A DNA stretch of 64,000 bases from a virus. Below the pieces are notes generated by a model, which searched no databases, was not told the origin of the DNA, and saw only the letters and a program-made list of their open reading frames with translations. Both the position numbers and the translations under genes were made by a program. Of the stretch, positions 58,947 to 64,000 are shown one piece after another (within the stretch, counting starts at the first letter, position 1; each line of letters starts with the position of its first letter). The DNA lies in the IMG/VR virus record IMGVR_UViG_3300028197_001221, positions 32,001 to 96,000 of that record, one strand, 5' to 3'.

Positions 58947-61900
58947 TTACGGCAATGGGTTTGGAGGATAACTAGAGAAATCATAACAACTAACTGCTGC
59001 CAATGTTCTAATGGCTATTTTAGTAAGACAAGAAACACCAGAAGTATTTGAAGTTCCATCTTCGCAATCTACAAATGCTTCTGTTGGCATTGCTGGACAT
59101 TGATTAGCATATTGCGCATCTATATCTATCTTGAGACTTTCAGTAGATCTTGAACCAGCTTCTTCTCCAGTTATTACACTAAATACCCTTCTTATGATAT
59201 CGTCTTGACTCAAATCAGTACAACAAGTATCGAATTTTATAGTATTTGAAGATGATTGAAGGTTAGGCGTACACACACCATCAACTTTATGGCAAACTAA
59301 AGTTTGTTCACACAAGACTAATATCAAATCGTCACAAGGCTCTTCTGTAGTTGTTGGTGGAGGAGGTGGTGGTGGCTCCGGTGGTGGTGGAACTGTTGTT
59401 GTTAGAATTGGAGCGCCGTCGATTCTTACATATATTGTATTACCACCCTCTGGCATTTCTGGTAATCCTATTTTTATAGGAAGAGGATTTGGGACGGAAT
59501 TAGAACCACAAGAGGGTTTACCATAATTTACTTTTATGCCCTCTGCTCCCATGTCAAAACTATGATCATTATTTGAGCAATAATAATATTGATTTAATTG
59601 TTTAATATCTTCTTTTATGTCATCTTGCAAGCAGGATATAAACTGATTTGTTTCATTATTTTTAGGTATTTCACTAAAAGAATCATCTGTAACAGTAAGT
59701 ATTGGAACATGATCTTCCCTGTATTCTAAATTATCATCAATGCTGTTGTACGTCATATGGTTATTACTAGTGCAGTCGTTACTGTTTTTTGTAGAACCCG
59801 TACCCACTGGACCAATGTAAGTATATTCATATGTATTATCTAATTCTTGGTCATAAGGATTTATAACCAAATCTTTATACCTAAACACAGTTTGGTATGA
59901 CATGTTTTTGAAAATAATCTTGTACGTAAATTTAGGAGGTAGAGTAGTAGTAGGCTTAGGTCTAAGATTTCCATCAATATAGATTATCGCAGAGCCTCCA
60001 TCATTTGGCATTATAAAATTATTTATCTTTGCAGAAGTGGCAGTAAGAATCTCCATAGACAGTGATGAATTAGCTGGTATAAATGTAAACGACAAGGGAC
60101 CATCTAATTCAAAAGAGCTATCATCAATTGTGATGCTTATGTTTTGTTTTGGTAAATCTTTTACTTCACTGCCTTCAGCTTTCGTTATAAATCTTTCTGA
60201 TCTATTATTTTCTGAACCAGACAAAGAAGTTCCATCGACTCTGTTTACAATATAAAATCTAAATGTAGCATCTTCAGGAACTGGAGCGGGCGTAGTTCCT
60301 AGAATAAAAGTAGCTTCTATTTCATCATCTAACATAGAAATTTTTTCGTCTTTAGAATATGTTAGCAAGATAAAGCATTTATATTTCTCACATGTCGAAC
60401 AAGGTCTAGCGTCTGGATTAAAAGAAAGAATTTTAGGACTGTTACCACTTTTTACAACTCCGCTACCAGCTACTCCTTGTACAATAGGTTCTAAATGAAA
60501 ACGAACATCACCGTTCTCATAGTCTGGATATGTATCTTTATAGTCAAGATTTTTAATCTCATCATAATGTTGAACTGGACCTATATCACCACTTGCTATA
60601 TAGATGCTACCCCAATCAGCATTAGTAGTAGTTAAATCTATATCTCCACCACAATAGTTATCGGGCCGAGATAAACTTTCAGTTGAAGCTTTTATTTCCC
60701 AGTTTAAAGACCCCGGCTCATTTACCTGAATCCACAATACAGCATTCTCACAGTGACCACCAGACAGTTTAGCTACAAAAGGGTTTTCATAAGTTCCTTC
60801 TCCAGAGACACTCCAAGGAGTCCTGACTGAAACTCCAGCAGGTCTATCCCATAAGTCTTTACAATCTGAATAGTAGCTCCATATTGGTTTCTTGTCAGTA
60901 ATTGGAAGAGAAATAGGAGCAGAACAATCAGCTAACAAAAGAGAGAAATATTTATAAAAATCTTCAAATCTTTTCTCTTTAAAGAAATCAGAATATTTAA
61001 TTTTCAGGTTATAACGAGATGCGTTAGAAGGATTTTTAATTAAATATAATTCGTTATCAATCATTTCAAAAAGGTTAGCATGTTGACCAGTTAAAGTTTT
61101 TAGATGAGGACCACAGTATTCGTCTTCTCTTAATGTTGCTACTTTAAACCTAATGTCTTTTTCAAGAACTGGTGCTACCGTGGTTGTAGTTGTTGTAGTG
61201 GTTTCTAAAACTTCTTTCGGATCTACATACCAATAAACTTCTGTTTCTGTAGAAAATGAATCATTACTAGGTTCTACATTTGGTTTAGTTCTGGTTATAT
61301 CTGAAAAGATAGCATTATAAGCAGTTGTATAGTATGCTCCTTGAGACCCCACCGTATTAAAATATGTAAAACTATCGGACAGGCCGTTACTCATGCTATC
61401 GTCTTCAACGTTTTTGCTATATATAGATCTTACAGGTTTTTCTAAATCTATAAAATCGTCGAAATCAAAAGGAGATAAAGTGAATAAGCCATCGGTATAA
61501 TCTGCCTCATCTTGAGATGGGAATGTACCATCTGCATGAAAAGAGAAAGATCTTTTACTAGGGTTATTAATAGACTGCATGAAATGAAACCATTCGCACA
61601 GAACCAAGCCTTTACCATTTTCTAAAACTTCGTGCATAATTCTTTGTTGAACTATGTCAGGCATCCAGCCGCCTTCTCGCGGGTTATAACTTGGGAATAG
61701 TAAATAGACAGAACCTTTGTCAGATGCCTCATTAGGATTATCGAATATTGGTTGATACTCATACCAAGGTAAAATTTTATTAACAGTAAATCCCATGCTA
61801 GTACACAACGATTCTATATTAGTATTAAACAATTCGTTCTCTGTGTCGAAGTATGTTATCTTCTTACCTTTATCGTTATTGGACCAGAGTATCATATTTT

Positions 61901-62045
61901 TTATTAATCTAGCAGTATTTCTTCTTTGTAAATCAACAACGTGCAAAGCTTTTGAAAAAGCGCAGACCCTCCCTCTAGGTCTTCTACAACCATTGCCATC
62001 AACTTTGTAATGTTTTGTTCCAGCCACGCCAATATTTCTAATCAT
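58947..62045 (-). CDS. Multidomain Cys-rich virion/adhesin-like protein
   Basis: 1032 aa with Thr/Pro linkers, repeated MP..GG...I.IDG modules and a Cys-rich C-terminus. Confidence 0.65.
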   Translation of the reverse strand: MIRNIGVAGTKHYKVDGNGCRRPRGRVCAFSKALHVVDLQRRNTARLIKNMILWSNNDKGKKITYFDTENELFNTNIESLCTSMGFTVNKILPWYEYQPIFDNPNEASDKGSVYLLFPSYNPREGGWMPDIVQQRIMHEVLENGKGLVLCEWFHFMQSINNPSKRSFSFHADGTFPSQDEADYTDGLFTLSPFDFDDFIDLEKPVRSIYSKNVEDDSMSNGLSDSFTYFNTVGSQGAYYTTAYNAIFSDITRTKPNVEPSNDSFSTETEVYWYVDPKEVLETTTTTTTTVAPVLEKDIRFKVATLREDEYCGPHLKTLTGQHANLFEMIDNELYLIKNPSNASRYNLKIKYSDFFKEKRFEDFYKYFSLLLADCSAPISLPITDKKPIWSYYSDCKDLWDRPAGVSVRTPWSVSGEGTYENPFVAKLSGGHCENAVLWIQVNEPGSLNWEIKASTESLSRPDNYCGGDIDLTTTNADWGSIYIASGDIGPVQHYDEIKNLDYKDTYPDYENGDVRFHLEPIVQGVAGSGVVKSGNSPKILSFNPDARPCSTCEKYKCFILLTYSKDEKISMLDDEIEATFILGTTPAPVPEDATFRFYIVNRVDGTSLSGSENNRSERFITKAEGSEVKDLPKQNISITIDDSSFELDGPLSFTFIPANSSLSMEILTATSAKINNFIMPNDGGSAIIYIDGNLRPKPTTTLPPKFTYKIIFKNMSYQTVFRYKDLVINPYDQELDNTYEYTYIGPVGTGSTKNSNDCTSNNHMTYNSIDDNLEYREDHVPILTVTDDSFSEIPKNNETNQFISCLQDDIKEDIKQLNQYYYCSNNDHSFDMGAEGIKVNYGKPSCGSNSVPNPLPIKIGLPEMPEGGNTIYVRIDGAPILTTTVPPPPEPPPPPPPTTTEEPCDDLILVLCEQTLVCHKVDGVCTPNLQSSSNTIKFDTCCTDLSQDDIIRRVFSVITGEEAGSRSTESLKIDIDAQYANQCPAMPTEAFVDCEDGTSNTSGVSCLTKIAIRTLAAVSCYDFSSYPPNPLP

Positions 62046-62060
62046 AATAAAACCTATAAC

Positions 62061-64000
62061 CTAATCTTCTTCTTCTATGTCTACCCTGCTGACAGTAAAA
62101 ACTTCCGAAAAGTCAAAACTTCTTTGACCTACCGTTGTGCCGGTTTCGTTTGTAGATATAACCCATGTCTTCATAATTTCTGGCAATTCTCTAAAATTAC
62201 CAGTACCTTGGTCTAACATATGCTGTTCGTGCCTCGACAAGTCACTGTCTGCGTTAGCAGTTGGTGGTCTTATTGCAATATGCTGACCGGGAACTATTAA
62301 GTCTAACCAGTGTTCGTGACCATGACCGTCATGACCATGTGGTGATCTACCCGATATAAACTGCTTTTTAAAGTCTGCAAAAGTGACGTTTTGATATCGT
62401 TCCACTTGTGGGTCGTCGTTCTCGTACATTTGTACCGTAAAGGAAAATCTAGGAGGAACATAGTCTCCGTAAACAACCTCTATCTGTGGTGTCCCATCAG
62501 GGTTGAGTAATGGATTACCATCATCGTCTAAAATAGGCTCTTCTGTAAAAGTGTGATATCCTTCACTGACCAGTTTAGTTTCTTTGATGTAAGTTATTAA
62601 ATCTACTTGAGAATTGCTACCACTTGCTACATACGTACCCGAGTACCCTCTTTCTTGTATCGACCTTATTGTTTTTTCGGGGTCAATAAGGCTATATGGT
62701 TGGTTAGTTGCTAAAGCAAATTGTTCGTTAATATATCTTCCATTATTGCAACCATTCCCAGCAGTATAAGAGAATGTTAATTTGTTAGTATCAATCTTAA
62801 CATCATAAGCAATAGGCCAATCTCCCGCATAATTATAATTTAAATCTTCAGGTTCTATAGTGATAAAATATTCATCTCCAGTTTGAGATATTAATATGTC
62901 ACCATTTTCATGAAAACACCTTGAGTCTTGTCCTTTAATTTGCCAATTTTGAACGCCTAAATCTTCCCAAGTCCAATCTGATTCAAGTCCGGGTTCTGCA
63001 CGGTTATAAAGGTGTCCTTGAATTTTAACTACTATTGACAAGGTATAACTTTTTGTTATTTTAAAACCTCTGCCAAACATTGGTATACCAACGCACTCTC
63101 CCTCATCATTACAAGAGTTAGCGCCAGATCCATTAAACCTAGGTGGTGGGTTTAAAGCTTCACCTCTATTATATTTTTGAATACATGTCCACCATGTGCG
63201 ATCTACATTTTCTTCATCAGGAATAGGGCCACCGTCTGAATCTATTCCAGCAGTTGCACCTTCTGGTTTCCAGCTGTCAATATCATAATATAATTCATTT
63301 TCGTTATCATACCAATAATTAGGCCAATCGCTTAAAAACTCTCCATTATGTTTCCATCTTAAAGCAACATAGTGGCAACTAAAAACTTCGCCTAAGTCTC
63401 CCGGTACTTGATAAACGAATTCTACAATCACAACATTTATTAGCTGCTCATCTGTAGGGTCATCATCATAATATCCCTTTAGTACATCAGAACTAGTAGT
63501 GCCATAACAATTCACCCAGACTGTACCTGCACAAGTTTTCCATTTGTCACTCCCTTCAGAAGGAAGAGTAGAAATATTTGCACCTCGCAAATTAACAATA
63601 TCTTTAAAGTTAGGTATAGTAGTTTCTTGAGGAGACCAAAGAGCGGAAGAATGTCTTATAGTTGCATAAGATCTTAAATAATATTCTTCATTATTAATTA
63701 TCTTTACATCATCCCCGAAATGGCTACTTCCAAAACCATTTTTACCCAATGTTACGGAGCCGCCATAATATCCAATGTATCTAGAAGGAGGTACTGCTCC
63801 TTCAGCTTCATCCTCTGGATCTGCTCGAAATGTTGTTTCCACAGGGGAAGTAGTTTTGTAGTACACGCCTTCGGGATCATAAAGCCCTATTTGTAATTTA
63901 AACTTCTCAAAATTAGCTGGTGGATATTTCGCAACGAGTGAAGTTCCAAGGTTTCCGTTGGCATCATAATAATCCACATAAGATTTTCCAGTAACATTCT
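62061..64000 (-). CDS. 5'-truncated large hypothetical (likely virion) protein
   Basis: The frame stays open past the GTG at 63977 to the window edge (NVTGKSYVDYY...). Confidence 0.7.
   Translation of the reverse strand, partial: NVTGKSYVDYYDANGNLGTSLVAKYPPANFEKFKLQIGLYDPEGVYYKTTSPVETTFRADPEDEAEGAVPPSRYIGYYGGSVTLGKNGFGSSHFGDDVKIINNEEYYLRSYATIRHSSALWSPQETTIPNFKDIVNLRGANISTLPSEGSDKWKTCAGTVWVNCYGTTSSDVLKGYYDDDPTDEQLINVVIVEFVYQVPGDLGEVFSCHYVALRWKHNGEFLSDWPNYWYDNENELYYDIDSWKPEGATAGIDSDGGPIPDEENVDRTWWTCIQKYNRGEALNPPPRFNGSGANSCNDEGECVGIPMFGRGFKITKSYTLSIVVKIQGHLYNRAEPGLESDWTWEDLGVQNWQIKGQDSRCFHENGDILISQTGDEYFITIEPEDLNYNYAGDWPIAYDVKIDTNKLTFSYTAGNGCNNGRYINEQFALATNQPYSLIDPEKTIRSIQERGYSGTYVASGSNSQVDLITYIKETKLVSEGYHTFTEEPILDDDGNPLLNPDGTPQIEVVYGDYVPPRFSFTVQMYENDDPQVERYQNVTFADFKKQFISGRSPHGHDGHGHEHWLDLIVPGQHIAIRPPTANADSDLSRHEQHMLDQGTGNFRELPEIMKTWVISTNETGTTVGQRSFDFSEVFTVSRVDIEEED

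Noticed and set aside
1-64000. Alternative genetic code or stop-codon reassignment
   Set aside because: Code 11 gives near-complete coding density, and TAA, TAG and TGA all end genes at tight junctions.

Overview
This is an AT-rich, gene-dense segment of a large tailed phage (Caudoviricetes) genome, read in the standard code. Positions 1-2616 (+) hold a short non-structural block: an RgpF-like partial gene, a hypothetical gene, an HTH/NUMOD3/DUF559-type endonuclease, a Rad52/Sak-like annealing protein and a Zn-ribbon protein. This block converges on a hairpin with a ~61 kb minus-strand morphogenesis operon. In transcription order the operon carries FN3/LamG/Cys-rich adhesin-like proteins, tail-fibre proteins and their chaperones, head-tail connector proteins, a tail tube protein, a chaperone region, a 2646-aa tape measure protein, a 4540-aa FG-GAP/LamG giant protein and distal-tail/hub-like proteins. 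I saw no sheath, capsid, terminase, tRNA, CRISPR array or reverse transcriptase. The most notable observations are: (1) two paralogous chaperone-position genes, one with its RBS and AUG enclosed in a long hairpin, possibly substituting for the G/GT frameshift; (2) a PD-(D/E)xK-like domain bracketed by duplicated motifs inside the tape measure protein; (3) a seven-repeat integrin-like propeller spread over ~2000 aa with inserted domains; (4) a recurring intergenic GTGTATA promoter-like motif; (5) Ser-Gly enrichment and mucin-like tracts, which may hint at virion glycosylation. All protein calls come from motif recognition by eye and gene order, not from database searches.
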